A stretch of 64,000 nucleotides of DNA from Mobula hypostoma (taxonomy: Eukaryota), in contig NC_086118.1 of the NCBI RefSeq assembly GCF_963921235.1, positions 28,956,001 to 29,020,000 on the forward strand. The letters run 5' to 3'. The position numbers and the translations under genes were made by a program. Shown here piece after piece: positions 26,652 to 38,205 of the stretch. Under the pieces are notes generated by a model. That model saw only the letters and a program-made list of their open reading frames with translations. It was not told where the DNA came from and searched no databases. Position 1 is the first letter of the stretch; the number at the start of each line of letters is the position of its first letter.

Positions 26652-28262
26652 GTTCAGAGTCTGAATCTGAATCAGGTTTAGTATCACTGGCATATGTTGT
26701 GTAATTCGCTGTATGCGGTAGTAGTACATTGCAATACATAAGAAAAACATGAATTACAATAAGAAGAGTGTATATATGCATATACGTTTGTATATAAAAA
26801 ATAAATTAGATAAGTAGTGCAAAAAGAGAAGAAATGAAGGAATAATGAGGTAGTGTTCCTGGATTCAAAATCCATTCAGAAATCTGACGAGGGAAGAGAA
26901 GAGCTCCTGTACCTCCTCCTTGATGGTAGCAGTAAAAAGCAAGCATGTCCTAAGTGATGGGAGTCCTTTATAATGGATGCCACCTTTTTGAGCCATCATC
27001 TTTTGAAGGTGTTCTAGACGCTGAGGAGGCTGGTGCCCATGACCGAGTTGGTTGAGTTTATAACTTTCTGCAGCTTTTTGCAATCCTGCGTGGTGGCCCC
27101 TCCATAATGGAAAGGGATGTAACCAGTTAGAATGCTCTCCACAGTACATCTGTGGAAATTTGCGGGTGTCTTTGGTGACACACCAATTCTCCTCAAACTC
27201 CTAATGAAATATAGCTGCTGTCATGCCTTCTTTGTAATTGCATCAGTATGTTGGGCCCAGGATAGATCCTCAGACAACCAGGAACTTGAAACTGCTCAGC
27301 CTTTCCACTCCTGATCCCTCAATGAGGACTGGAGTGTGTTCCCTCAACTTCCCCTTCCTGAAGCTCACAATTAATTCCCTGGTCTTAACAATGCTGTGTT
27401 CAAAGTTGTTGTTGTGACGCTACTCATCCAGCTGATCTGTCTCGCTCCTGTGCGCCTGCTTTTCACCATCTGAAATTACGTCAACAGTAGTTGTGTCATC
27501 AGCCAATTTACAGATGGCTTTTGACTTGTGCCTAGCCACACAGTCATTGTGTAGAGAAAGTAGAGCAGTGGGCTAAGCATTCATCCTTCAGGTGTGCCAG
27601 TGTTGATAGTCAGCAAAGGGGAGGTGTTATTTCTGATCCGTTTAGATTGTGATTTGCCAGTGAGGAAGCCAAGGATCCATGGACATACAGAGACCCAGGT
27701 TTTTGAGCTTATGATTGTGTTGAATGCTGAGCTGTAGTCAATGAATAGCAGCCTGACATAGATATTACTATTGTCCAGGTGATGCAAGGCCTAGTGAAGA
27801 GTCAGTGAGATTGCATCTGCTGTAGACCTATGGTAGCGATCAGCAAATTGCAGGGGTTCCAGGACCTTGCTTAAGCAGGAGTTGATTCTAGCCATGACCA
27901 ACCGCTCAATGCACTACATCATGGTAGATGTGAGTGCAATTGGGCGATAGTCATTGAGTTAGCTCACTCTGCTCTTCTTGGGAATTGGTATGATTGTCAT
28001 CCTTTTGAAGGAGGTGGGAACTGCTGATTGCAGCAGTGAGAGATTGAAGATGTCCCTGAACACACTGACTGGTTGGCACAGGTTTACAGAATCCAACTAG
28101 GTACAGCATCAATGTGTGATGCCTTGCAAGGATTCACCCTCTTGAAAGATGTCCTGACATTGGCTTCCAAAACAGAGATCACAGAGTCACCAGATGAGAC
28201 TCACCAGGTGTAGCTTTATTCCCTCTTTCAAAGGTGGAGCTCACCTGGGAGTGAAGCATCAC
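26652..28262 (-). mobile_element. Rex1/Babar LINE, RT to 3' end, degenerate
   Basis: HLDNSNIYVRLLFIDYSSAFNTII; KLADDTT near 27490-27510; NFHRCTVESILTG; (GATTCA)n tail. Confidence 0.92.
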
Positions 28263-28269
28263 AGTTATT

Positions 28270-28565
28270 TAGAATCAGAATCAGAATCCTTTATTATCGC
28301 CGAGTGTGTGGACACATACAGGGAATTTGATGCCGGTTTCCCTGAGCTCTCGCTGTACAGAATCAAAAAGCAAACAGAACAATAGTACAAATAATCGTGA
28401 ACTATATACAATGAGGTATACATGTGTATGTACAGGTGGACTTGGTTTATAACAGACTAAAATTCAAGTGTTCCTAAGACTGATGGCATACGGAAACAAA
28501 CTGTTCTTGTACCTATTTGTCCTAGCATACAGTGATATAAACTGCCTACCAGAAGGAGGGAGTTA
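28270..28565 (-). mobile_element. 3' end of a second Rex-like LINE subfamily
   Basis: The minus strand reads LPPSGRQFISLYARTNRYKNSLFPYAISLRNT*; (GATTCT)n tail. Confidence 0.8.
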
Positions 28566-28632
28566 AATGAATTAAGGTTTAAATTCATTCACTTAGTTTG
28601 TGGGTTGGAAGGAGCTGGGAATTGGCAGGAGG

Positions 28633-28862
28633 GAGGAGGGCAGGATCGTCGACTCAGGCCTAAGAGGCCAGCGTCGGGCATTTTCATGCCTTACAAGGCG
28701 CAGAACAAAAGACTGTGTAGCACGCCACTCCTCACACAGACATAGAGCAACGTGTGGTTAAGTGCCTTGATCAAGGACACAACACGCTGCCTCAGCTAAG
28801 GCTCGAACTGGCGACCTTTAGATCACCAGCCCAACGCTTTAACCACTTGGTCACGTGCCCAC
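28633..28862 (-). mobile_element. tRNA-derived CORE-like SINE
   Basis: A box tgaccaagtgg, B box gttcgagcc, core tgtgtccttgatcaaggcacttaacc. 14-bp TSD gaattggcaggagg at 28619-28632 and 28863-28876. Confidence 0.88.
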
Positions 28863-29464
28863 GAATTGGCAGGAGGAAGCCAACATGAATCTACAAGGAT
28901 AGGAAGAGTTACCACTTTACAAGATGATATTGAATGGGATAAATATAATGGCATTTGAACTGTTCAGGAGATGGAGGAGTTCAGATGAGGTGTGGAGCTT
29001 AGCAGGAAATGTAGAGGTATAGTCTAGGAAGTGATAAAGAATGTTGTCTAGATAGAATAATTGACTTTGATGGGTAGAGTAAGGAAAATAATATGCATTA
29101 CCATCTTAGCATCTTTTCTCATCTAAGAAGGTGGAAAGATTAGAGCTTTAAGCCAATGATATTAGCAAATGCCAATGGAAAGCCTGAGTATGGCTTAAAA
29201 TATGTTTTAAGCTTCTTAACTATGTTAATAAGTGACCCAACAGCTGGTCAGGGCCTCCTTTTAAATAAGCTTGTGATGAACAGGGCTGGCAACAAGCCTG
29301 AGTATTCATATTTGCCAGCATAAGGTGGAGCCAGGAACGTGCCTTCAAATCCACGGCTGCACTTTCTTACACTTTATCAGATATTCTATCACAACATTGA
29401 AGGGAACCATTTGGTTTGCTGAGTCTATACCACAGGCTCCCCCACCTAAATGACTTCCTCTTTC

Positions 29465-29705
29465 TGACATGCCCATAAGCACCACCCAGTTCTTCTTTCA
29501 CTTACTTTCCCCGGAAGCCATTTTCAATAACAATTCACCGAACAAGTTCACTTTTGCAGAGTGGGAGGATACTGAAGCATCCGGGGTGGGGGGGGGGGGC
29601 ATCGACAGAGTCACAAGGAGAATATGCAAACTCCATGTCGACCGGCCTGGAAGTCAGAATCAAACCAGAGTTTACAGGAGCTGTGAAGACATTACACTAC
29701 CTGTA
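29465..29705 (-). mobile_element. Old V-SINE
   Basis: gagtgggaggatactgaagcatccgg..gtcacaaggagaatatgcaaactcc..ggagctgtga. Confidence 0.65.
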
Positions 29706-29899
29706 CCTATTCATTCTCGGAGTTCTGCTTCTAATGTCAAGAAAATCGTCCTTCTCACACGTCAATCTGCCTGTACAGAAGCAAGGGCTGCCACAGCTTC
29801 AGCTCAAACAATAGCTGCGGCACAAACCAACTTCAGGGTTGTTTCTAGGCCTGTCTCATGAAGCAGTGTTGTTTATGCATCACTGAATCTAATCCTAAG

Positions 29900-30600
29900 A
29901 ATGGTCCCAGACTGATCTCTATCATAGATGGTTGAGCAAGCAAGCAGCAGATTGAATTTAATGCAAAGAAATCCGAACGGATACATTTTCAGGAGAAAAG
30001 TAACAATTAGGAGGCTATGCTAACAGAAAGGTTAATGGAGAGGACAGAGGACAAGAGCCACAAAATTATGTGCTGAAAAATAAAAGCAATGAAAAAACAT
30101 TCTATGATTTTATTTTATTAATAGAAAGACAAAATCACTAAATTAATCCAAGGCATGAGATCCCAATTAAAATTCAGTGTAAATCTCTTTGAAATATATT
30201 ATGGAGAGAATAAGATTGTTGTGAGGTTACGACAGAAGTTCAACAAAATGATATCAGGAATAAGGAAACATGGTGATGATTAGAGACTTAAGATATTGAA
30301 AATGAGACACTTGAGATGTCTTAATTAGGTTTTGTTTCAAAAATGTATAGGTGGTCCCTTGGTCTGAATAGAAAAGGCATTGGGCAGTCAGTGACGAGGT
30401 GTCGTCAATTTAAACCAATCACTGAGGCAGCGGGGCTGGAGGTTGGAAAACAATCTTTATACAAAAGCTGGAATGCTTTGCCATGAGAGATAGCTGAGGA
30501 AGGACGGCTGCAGCAATTAAGGGAGAATTGGGCTGTGATGAGAGGGGAGGGCACTAGGATTAGTTTTGGACTCTTCAAACCAATAGCTAGCAAAGACATA
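29900..30600 (+). mobile_element. Ancient CR1 RT/3' remnant
   Basis: QIEFNAKKSERIHF resembles CR1 QMEFN.DKCEV.HF; gctggaatgctttgcc resembles WNALP. Confidence 0.65.
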
Positions 30601-31089
30601 AAAATGATGCATGGTGCTTTGGCTGTCTGCTCTCCGAGCAGGCTCTCTTTCTCAAAATTAGTGCCCTATTAAGAACCAATGGTGTTTTCTAACAAAAGAA
30701 AAACATTAAGTGAAATTATGTTTTATCAGAAATTACCCCTCGAGTTGTTAATAATTGTATGGCAACAGGTCAAGTTGGGGAGTGACATTGATTACAGCAA
30801 AAGCTTCTGCTGTGACTTCTGCTGGTGCTTAATGCAAGAGTAGAATTAATATTAAACTAGGCAGCTGGCAGATTCAGCAGCAGCAGAGGCTTGCTGGTAT
30901 TGGCTGAGAACAAAATCCTTGTCATTGTCATTAGTGGTTACCTGTTAATTACCATTGAAATATTTGTTTAGAGTTTTATGACTTCATTAATATTTATATT
31001 TCGGCTTAACTATGACACTAGATTTTAAGCAAATGGAAATTAGATTAATTTTGGGATAGGCTGTTGTAAGACAAGAATGTTCATGGTAC

Positions 31090-31806
31090 AGGTAACGCAA
31101 ACCTACCCCAGCTGTTTTGCCCCCCCACCTCCACCCTCCCCATTTGCCCATCACCCAGACATTCCTCCTATTGGGTGCCCGTCCCCCACTACTCCCATTC
31201 GTCCACCTCCCCCCCAACCTATCTTCCTCCTTTGATTCCATGCTCCACTTTCCTCTCCAATCAGATTCCATCACCTTCAGTCCTTTGTCACCTACACCTA
31301 TCATATCCCTGCTTCTGGCACTATTCCTTGTCTCACTTCCTACACCGAGATCCACCCATCACCTGTCATCCCTTGGTCCACCTCTTCCCTCAACAGTTTA
31401 TACTGACCATCTTCCTTCAATCCAGATGAAGGATCTTGACTAAGATTTCGACGGTCCATTTCCTGTCATTGATTCTGCCTGACCTATTGAGTTCTTCCCG
31501 CTTTTTGTGTGTGACTCCGGATTCCATAAGTCCATAATACCATAAGACATAGAAGCAGGATTAGGCTATTTGACCTGTCGAATCTGCTCTATCAATAAAT
31601 CATGTCTAATTTAGTTTTCCTCTCAACCCCGTTCCCCTGCCTTCTTCCTATAATCTTAGACGCCCTTACTAATCAAGAACCTATCAACCTCTGCTTTTAA
31701 TATACCCATTGACTTGGCCTCCACAGCTGTCTGTGGCAATGAATTCCACAGATTCAATGCCTTCTAGCTAAAGAACTTCCAGTATCTGCAATCTCTTGAG
31801 TCTCCA
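31090..31806 (+). mobile_element. Penelope 3' UTR/pLTR fragment with a nested CR1 tail (31527-31776, minus strand)
   Basis: C/T-rich UTR, decayed ribozyme ccagatgaagg..tcgac and tgcctgacct..gagttc. The insert is flanked by ttcca (31522-31526, 31777-31781). Confidence 0.75.
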
Positions 31807-32413
31807 TTACAAACTATGAGTTTCAGAAAGTTAAGATGTTTGATCTATTTGAGGTGCAAGTACTGTATCGACAATTCATAACTGTGTAAAAAAATATGTT
31901 CCACAAAATGCAACTATAAAAGTGAAAATCCAGCTACCTCAGGCCTATGACATACTTCAGATTTTATGGTCTATTTTTGCTACATGTTCTTTCTAATATT
32001 TATGGATGCTTATTACTGCAATTACCTGTCTAGGCTAGTGAGTTATCACTTAGTATTAAACCTTTGGAAACTAATTGTCATCACTGCAGGCAAATGCTTG
32101 TACTTGCAAATCTGTGGCCAAATGAGCCTGGCATTCGTCTTATGTGCAGAAAAATAATTTTCAGGTCAACTACTGCGAGCAAGCACATTAATACGCTTTG
32201 CAATGCAAATTAGATGTGAATGTGCATTCAAGCATGGATGGCAGCCAACGTAAGCAGTGCACTTGGAAAGAATAAACATACGGAATTCTTCCGCAGGAAG
32301 TTGACAGTCCTCACAATTTGTTGTTTATTTCAAATCATCCGTTGTTCTTTTCACTTCAGAGCCTGCGCTCTGATTCCATTGCAATCAGGCTAGAGGTGTC
32401 ATACATCATTGGA

Positions 32414-32857
32414 TCATTTTACTATGCTACAATCCCAGTGAGCAGGATCAGTACCCAACAGATCTGATTTTCTACGTTCATCATTTGTAACAACCAAGTA
32501 ACGAAAAGTAGAAACCAACTGACATTGGAATTCGGATTCTTTTTCTACTTGACCACTTCCTTTGGATCGAGGGTGACTTGCGTCCGAGTTCTGAGATGAC
32601 AGATAATCCAATGTGATGACTACAGTGTACTCTCTACCATAGCTGGTGTGGTGGATTGGTAATTTGTAAGGCTTTGCACTCATCCTGCTGGATAAATAGG
32701 GCTTCTCTGTGCTCGCACTACTTGGGCTTGAGGTTATCACCATTTCCCTGAATGCTCTTCCACGTGGACAGTTGTGGGACAGAGATTCTGAGTCAGTAGG
32801 GCTTGTACTATATATCTTGTGTTGAGAAACAAAGTCTGCTGGATTGTCAAATGTCTT
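32414..32857 (-). CDS. Candidate coding terminal exon (147 aa, unidentified)
   Basis: Acceptor ttcttggcttctgtttgcag, a phase-0 open frame KTFDNPADF...DCSIVK*, and AATAAA at 32329-32324. No recognisable domain. Confidence 0.3.
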   Translation of the reverse strand, partial: KTFDNPADFVSQHKIYSTSPTDSESLSHNCPRGRAFREMVITSSPSSASTEKPYLSSRMSAKPYKLPIHHTSYGREYTVVITLDYLSSQNSDASHPRSKGSGQVEKESEFQCQLVSTFRYLVVTNDERRKSDLLGTDPAHWDCSIVK

Positions 32858-32939
32858 CTGCAAACAGAAGCCAAGAATCTGCAGGAAGGGTTTCACTCCT
32901 TGTACAACTGCTGGGATTCTCTCAACAGGAGACTGGGAT

Positions 32940-33020
32940 CAGCCATGATAAAACGACACAGCAGACTCGATGGGCCAAAAGGCCTAATTGTGCTCCTATA
33001 TCTTATGGACCAATGGTCTT
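32940..33020 (+). mobile_element. CR1 extreme 3' tip
   Basis: gcagactcgatgggccaaaaggcctaattgtgctcctatatcttatgg. Confidence 0.75.
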
Positions 33021-33304
33021 AAAAGGGAACTCCTTCACTGGCCTTGCCAAAGTCGCCATGTTCTGAGATATCCCTGGAATTACACAGCCTAGAGCTTGTC
33101 TTTTGCAGGTCTCCTAGACCATAATACGTATAGGGAGACGTTTTGCATTTAGGTGAATCTTAGACCTGTTAGATTTTAATATGATTTGTAAGGCAGACCA
33201 AGGTGGTAAGAAAAAACATTAAAATCAATTTGCTTATTTATCATGGCCCACTCAGATTGAATCCCTACTTTGTTTAATATGTAAATACAAATTAACAAAC
33301 TATA

Positions 33305-34050
33305 CAGGGCCCCAGTCCTTCCAGGTGAGGTGACACTTCACCTGTGGGTCGGCTGGGGTGATATACTGCGACCGGTGCTCCCGATGTGGCCTTCTATATA
33401 TTGGCGAGACCCGACGCAGACTGGGAGATCGTTTCGCTGAACAGCTACCCTCTGTCCGCCAGAGAAAGCAGAATCTCCCAGTGGCCACACATTTTAATTC
33501 CACGTCCTATTCCCATTCTGACATATCTATCCACGGCCTCCTCTACTGTAAAGATGAAGCCACACTCAGGTTGGAGGAACAACACCTTATATTCCGTCTG
33601 AGTAGCCTCCAACCTGATGGCATGAACATTGACTTCTCAAACTTCCACTAATGCCCCACCTTCCCCTCGTACCCCATCTGTTATTTATTTTTATACACAC
33701 ATTCTTTTTCTCACTCCCCTTTTTCTCCCTCTGTCCCCCTCACTATGCCCCTTGCCCATCCTCTGAGCTTTTTCTCCCCTCCCCCTTTTCTTTCTCCCGA
33801 GGCCTCCTGTCCCATGATCCTCTCATATCCTTTTTGCCAATCAACTGTCCAGCTAATGGCTCCATCCCTCCCCCTCCTGTCTTCTCCTATCATTTTGGAT
33901 CTCCCCCTCCCCCTCCCACTTTCAAATCTCTTACTAGCTCTTCTTTCAGTTAATCCTGATGAAGGGTCTCAGCCCGAAACGTCGACTGTACCTCTTCCTA
34001 GAGATGCTGCCTGGCCTGCTGCGTTCACTAGCAACTTTGATGTTTGTTGG
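33305..34050 (+). mobile_element. Penelope-like element, 5'-truncated: GIY-YIG endonuclease C-terminus plus pLTR
   Basis: GVIYC..CSRCGLLYIGETRRRLGDRFAE..VATHFN..RLEEQHLIFRL.SLQPDGMNIDF (33358-33651), followed by a C/T-rich UTR and a hammerhead. Confidence 0.93.
33952..33988 (+). ncRNA. Minimal type I hammerhead ribozyme (Penelope pLTR)
   Basis: CTGATGA at 33956-33962, stem II gggt-ctca-gccc, GAAAC-GTC, stem I aatc/gact with one mismatch. Predicted cleavage after 33983. Confidence 0.75.
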
Positions 34051-34064
34051 TTGAAACCAACTTA

Positions 34065-34440
34065 CAAAGCAGGAATGCAGGAAGCAGGGCACTTGGTTCT
34101 TCAAACCTGCCCCACTATTCAATATGTTCGTGGCTAGCTGGCCTCAGGCCTCCTTTCCTTTTCTGTGTCAGTTCCCTGTAGCCCACAATTACCTGATTTT
34201 TCCAAAGATTTGTCATCCTCGTCTTAAATACCTCAAAAGTCTAGCCTGCACAGACATCTGAGGAAAAAAATATTCCAGATGTTCACCGTCCTCTGCGTAC
34301 AGAAATTATTACATGTTAGATACCCCAGTGACTGTTCTCTTACCTTGTAGCAATATCCCCTTGACCATTTATATCCCATGTTTCAGTATCCACTCTATCA
34401 AGCACATTGAAATCATTTCATTACAATCATCTCTCATACT
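34065..34440 (-). mobile_element. Old CR1 3' fragment
   Basis: Tail-like gcaggaagcagggcactt; attccagatgttcacc.tcctctg; tatccactctatcaagc. Confidence 0.55.
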
Positions 34441-35506
34441 TAAAGGTGGATTTATTTACTCTTTCTAACCTGTACAAATAATTATTTTAGGACCGTGATG
34501 AAATTTGTGTCACTTTATCAGTTGAAAATAATGGAAGTAGGTTTTCTGAGACGAAGTTATAGAGTTGTGGTCACTGATCTTACTAATAACTGAAAGACGT
34601 CAGTTTTCTATTTGCTTAAGGAAAATTTGATCAGTTTTTTCCAGCCTCACTCTTCCATTATAACACTGTTTCATGGAATCACCTCATGATTATGTGCATA
34701 AAAGAAAATCAGTTACCCTCTGAGACATTATTTTGGCCAAATTTATATTTTTATAACTGACTTTATGTTTCACACAATATTTTTGCTTAAATTCCATTAC
34801 CACCAAGGGTAGTGATCATATTATATTGCCAATTTTAAATCTATCTTTAATGGCTCAAATTCTAGGATATCAGATATAACTGGCAAGTCCACTCAGAAAT
34901 GTCTAATTCTGACAGACCAGGCCACAGGTCTCAATCTCTAACTTGATGTGTGCACATGCCTAACATCCTCAGAGATAGAGGAAGTTGATGAAAGATAGCT
35001 GAAAGCAGGCACAATGAACCACACATTCCTCAGAATCATACATTTTATCCCATTCAATGTGTTCATCACATCCTGCAGCCTTCACAAACATTACTTGAGT
35101 GAATACTATAACAAAAAATCTAAAGGTGAATAAAACTACAACCATCCTGCAGTCAGGCAATAAATGTCTAAATTTCTTCTGCAGCTCCTCAGAAAATCAA
35201 CAGTGGTTGACAATGGGCAAGTTGAAGAGATCCAAGACTGGCAAGTTGGCAGGAACATACAAGAGGTAGTTTTTTTTGTAACCCTTCAATGGCCAAATAG
35301 CATCTGCAAGTTCTCCACTCGGTTCAAGAGTGATCCATTTGAGTTTCTGATGCTGACTATGTACAAAGTTCACATGTTTACAATATTTAATATAGATTGG
35401 CCTGGGTGCTGTGGACAGTAATGAAGTGAAGGTTTACAACCAAAACTCAACACGTCATGCCATATCTGTGAAAAGAAAATCAGAGTTAATGCTTCAGGTC
35501 AGAGAC

Positions 35507-36345
35507 ACAAAGTTCAAAGTAAATTTATTGTCAAGGTACATGCAGTATACTGTGTGTCACCATATACAACCCTGAGATTCATCTTCTTGTGGGCATACAC
35601 AGTAATTCTAAGAAACACAATAGAGCTAATGAAAGGGAGGGAGGGAATGTCAACTCAGTCCATGAGAGGCCTGCGTCGGGCATTTTCATGCCTTACAAGG
35701 CGCAGATTGGAAGTCTGTGTGGGGCGCCACTCCTTGCACAGACACTAGAGCAATGTGTGGTTAAGTGCCTTGCTCAAGAACACAAACATGCTGCCACAGC
35801 TGAGGCTCGAACTAGCGACCTTCAGATCACTAGACAAACGTCTTAACCACTTGGCCACTTGAAAGATTGCTCTCAAAAAGACGGGCAAACAACCAAAGTG
35901 CAAAAGACAACAAACTTTGCAAATACAAAAGAGAAAAAAGATAGAAATACATAAATAAGCATAAATATTGAGAACATGAGATGATGAGTCCTTGGAAGTG
36001 AGTTCATGGGTTGTGGGAACAGTTCAGTGAAAGGGCAAGTGAAACTGAGTGAAGTTTTCCCCTCTGTTTTGAGAGCCTGATGTTTGAGATGTAATAACTG
36101 TTCCTGAACCTGGTTTTGTGGGTCCTGAGGCCTCTGTACCTTCTTCCTGAGGGCAGCAGTGAGAAGAGAGCATGGCCTGGGTGGTGGGGGTCCGTGATGA
36201 TGGATGCTGCTTTCTTGCAACAGCATTTCGTGTAGATGTGCTCAATGGAGGGGCATTTGTGTATCCATAGCAGACCATGATGCAGCTAGTCAATTTACTC
36301 TCCACTACACACCTTTTAAGTTTGTTAGAGCTTTAGACGTCTAAA
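35507..36345 (-). mobile_element. Rex1/Babar 3' fragment interrupted by a SINE
   Basis: caaagttcaaagtaaatttatt tail; taactgttcctgaacctgg..gagcatggcctgggtggtgggggtcc; MESKLTSCIMVCYG. Confidence 0.85.
35636..35859 (-). mobile_element. tRNA-derived CORE-like SINE (same family as 28633-28862)
   Basis: tggccaagtggttaag, gttcgagcc and ttgagcaaggcacttaacc; TSD tgaaag at 35630-35635 and 35860-35865. Confidence 0.88.
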
Positions 36346-36619
36346 ACTTCTAGAGGAGCATTTAGCAGTCAATGTCTCAGAACTGAAAAGGAGACTAAAG
36401 CTTGTAAAGCTGCAGGGACGGTGGAGAACAGTGTCTCCAGGTAATATTGAGTTTTACAGCTTCTGGTAACTTGATTTCTCAATTTCTGTCATTTATCTTA
36501 CTGTAATATAAGCTCAGCTTATTGTATTTCTTTCTGTCTGGGAGTTCAGCCTGATATTCGAGCATTGTTCTTCTGTTCTATATTTTGCAGCACCCATATA
36601 GTTTTGTCTATGTTCTCGC

Positions 36620-36870
36620 CTTCCAACTGCTCCCATTCACTCATTGACCAGAAAATTGTGTTTCCAGCTTTACTCTTTGGTCACCCTCGTTTCATCCTCT
36701 CATTAACATTACACCTCCCACACTACCTTACTACGCCAGAAGCTTCTTTTGTCTTTCTTCTCAATTCAGAGAAAGGACGTCCAATTTGAAACATTAACTC
36801 TGTTTCTCTTCTCACAGATGCTGCCTGACTTGCTGAGTATTTATTTCCAGCATGTTCTGTTTTACTTTTT
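36620..36870 (+). mobile_element. Old Penelope pLTR-derived fragment
   Basis: tgaaacattaactctgtttctcttctcacagatgctgcctgacttgctgagtat. Confidence 0.65.
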
Positions 36871-37734
36871 TTTAAGTTAAGATAAGTGGCGACTCCTTGT
36901 GTGCAGCTCTGACAGGAATCATCAGATGCTCCCATTTAGGACCACTACAGCTGAAATACAGTCACAGCTCTGGGTACTTCAGTAAGCAGTGTTATTTTCA
37001 GACATTTTAAAAAAACCTATCGATACTCAAAATCGAGAGACCTCAGACAGCAGGCTCAGTCACAAATACAGTTTCCCTTTAAGAAAAAATGGAAGTGAGA
37101 ATGCTGTGCTGGTTAGCAGGTACGATTGAAATGCCAAGGCCTTAGAGCCACCACAACCCCTCCCCCCACCCCCACTCTTGATTATTCTGCTGGATTAGTC
37201 TCTGGAAAATAAAAATGAAGACCTCTGAGCAAGATTGCTGTACCAGAGGGACATCAGAGGATGCTGTGTACTTTGCTTCATGGAAACATGGCTCTCCTTC
37301 TCCATATTGGACACAGTGCTGCCATCCGATGGCACCAACATCCTCAGCTCAGTCTTCTGAAGGTGGAGGAAGTGGGGTATGCTTTATGATTAACTCATTG
37401 TGTTGCACTGATGTGGCAGTTCTGTCTCAGTCCTATTCACCTGACACAGAACACCTAGTAGTCAAACATCGGCCTTTTTGAGAGAGCTTTCTGCCATCAT
37501 CCTGGTAGCAGAGTACATTACACCTGAGGCAGGTACTGGTGGAGTTTAGCACTGTAATCAGCAGGCACAAAACAGTGCACCCTGATACCTTCCCTATCAT
37601 TGCAAGAGATTTTAACCAGGCTAGCTAGAAGAAGTCTCTGAACAACTAACACCAACATATCACCTGTGAAACCAGAGGACCACTTGTATATCACCATCAA
37701 GAATGCCTATTGTGCCATCCCACACCTACACTTG

Positions 37735-37880
37735 TCTTGTCTTGTCCATACTGCACCAACCGCTGCCACTGGGCTATAAACATGCAGGAGCAATGTGTGG
37801 TTAGGTGCCTTGCTCAAGGACAGAACACGCTGCCTCAGCTGAGGCTCGAACTCGCGACCATCAGATCACTAGTCCAACGC
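37735..37880 (-). mobile_element. tRNA-derived CORE-like SINE, alternative-tail variant
   Basis: Same head and core as 28.7 kb and 35.7 kb, but a different tail ending in (GACAA)n. Confidence 0.85.
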
Positions 37881-38059
37881 CTTAAGCAGTTGGCCACGCG
37901 AAAGTCTGTTCACCTGGCTGTACTTCTACTCCCAGCATATAGGCAGAGATTAAAGAACACAGCACCAGTGGTGAAGACCATGAAGGTGTGCTTAAGGGAG
38001 GTGGACAAGCTCACAGGACTGTTTTGAGTTGGTGCACTGGACAATATTCAGGGATTCAC

Positions 38060-38205
38060 CCTATATTACATTGACTGTTCTATTTATTATAAATTATTAT
38101 AAATTACTATGATTGCACATGGCATATTTAGATGAAGATGTAACATAGAGATTTTTACTCCTCATGTATGTGAAGGATGTAAGAAATAAAGTCAATTCAA
38201 GTCAA
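38060..38205 (+). mobile_element. 3' end of another LINE
   Basis: Ends gtaagaaataaagtcaattcaagtcaa (polyA signal plus short-repeat tail) and lies at the Rex deletion junction. Confidence 0.6.

Noticed and set aside
28790..28862. tRNA-like sequence
   Set aside because: It is a SINE head: it continues into the CORE segment and tail and has a TSD.
29469..29861. 130-aa ORF with an Ala-rich end
   Set aside because: Its first two-thirds is an antisense V-SINE, and there is no convincing splice signal.
30987..31443. Pro- or Gly-rich ORFs (also 33651-34137 and 59456-59866)
   Set aside because: They come from the stop-poor C/T-rich Penelope UTR.
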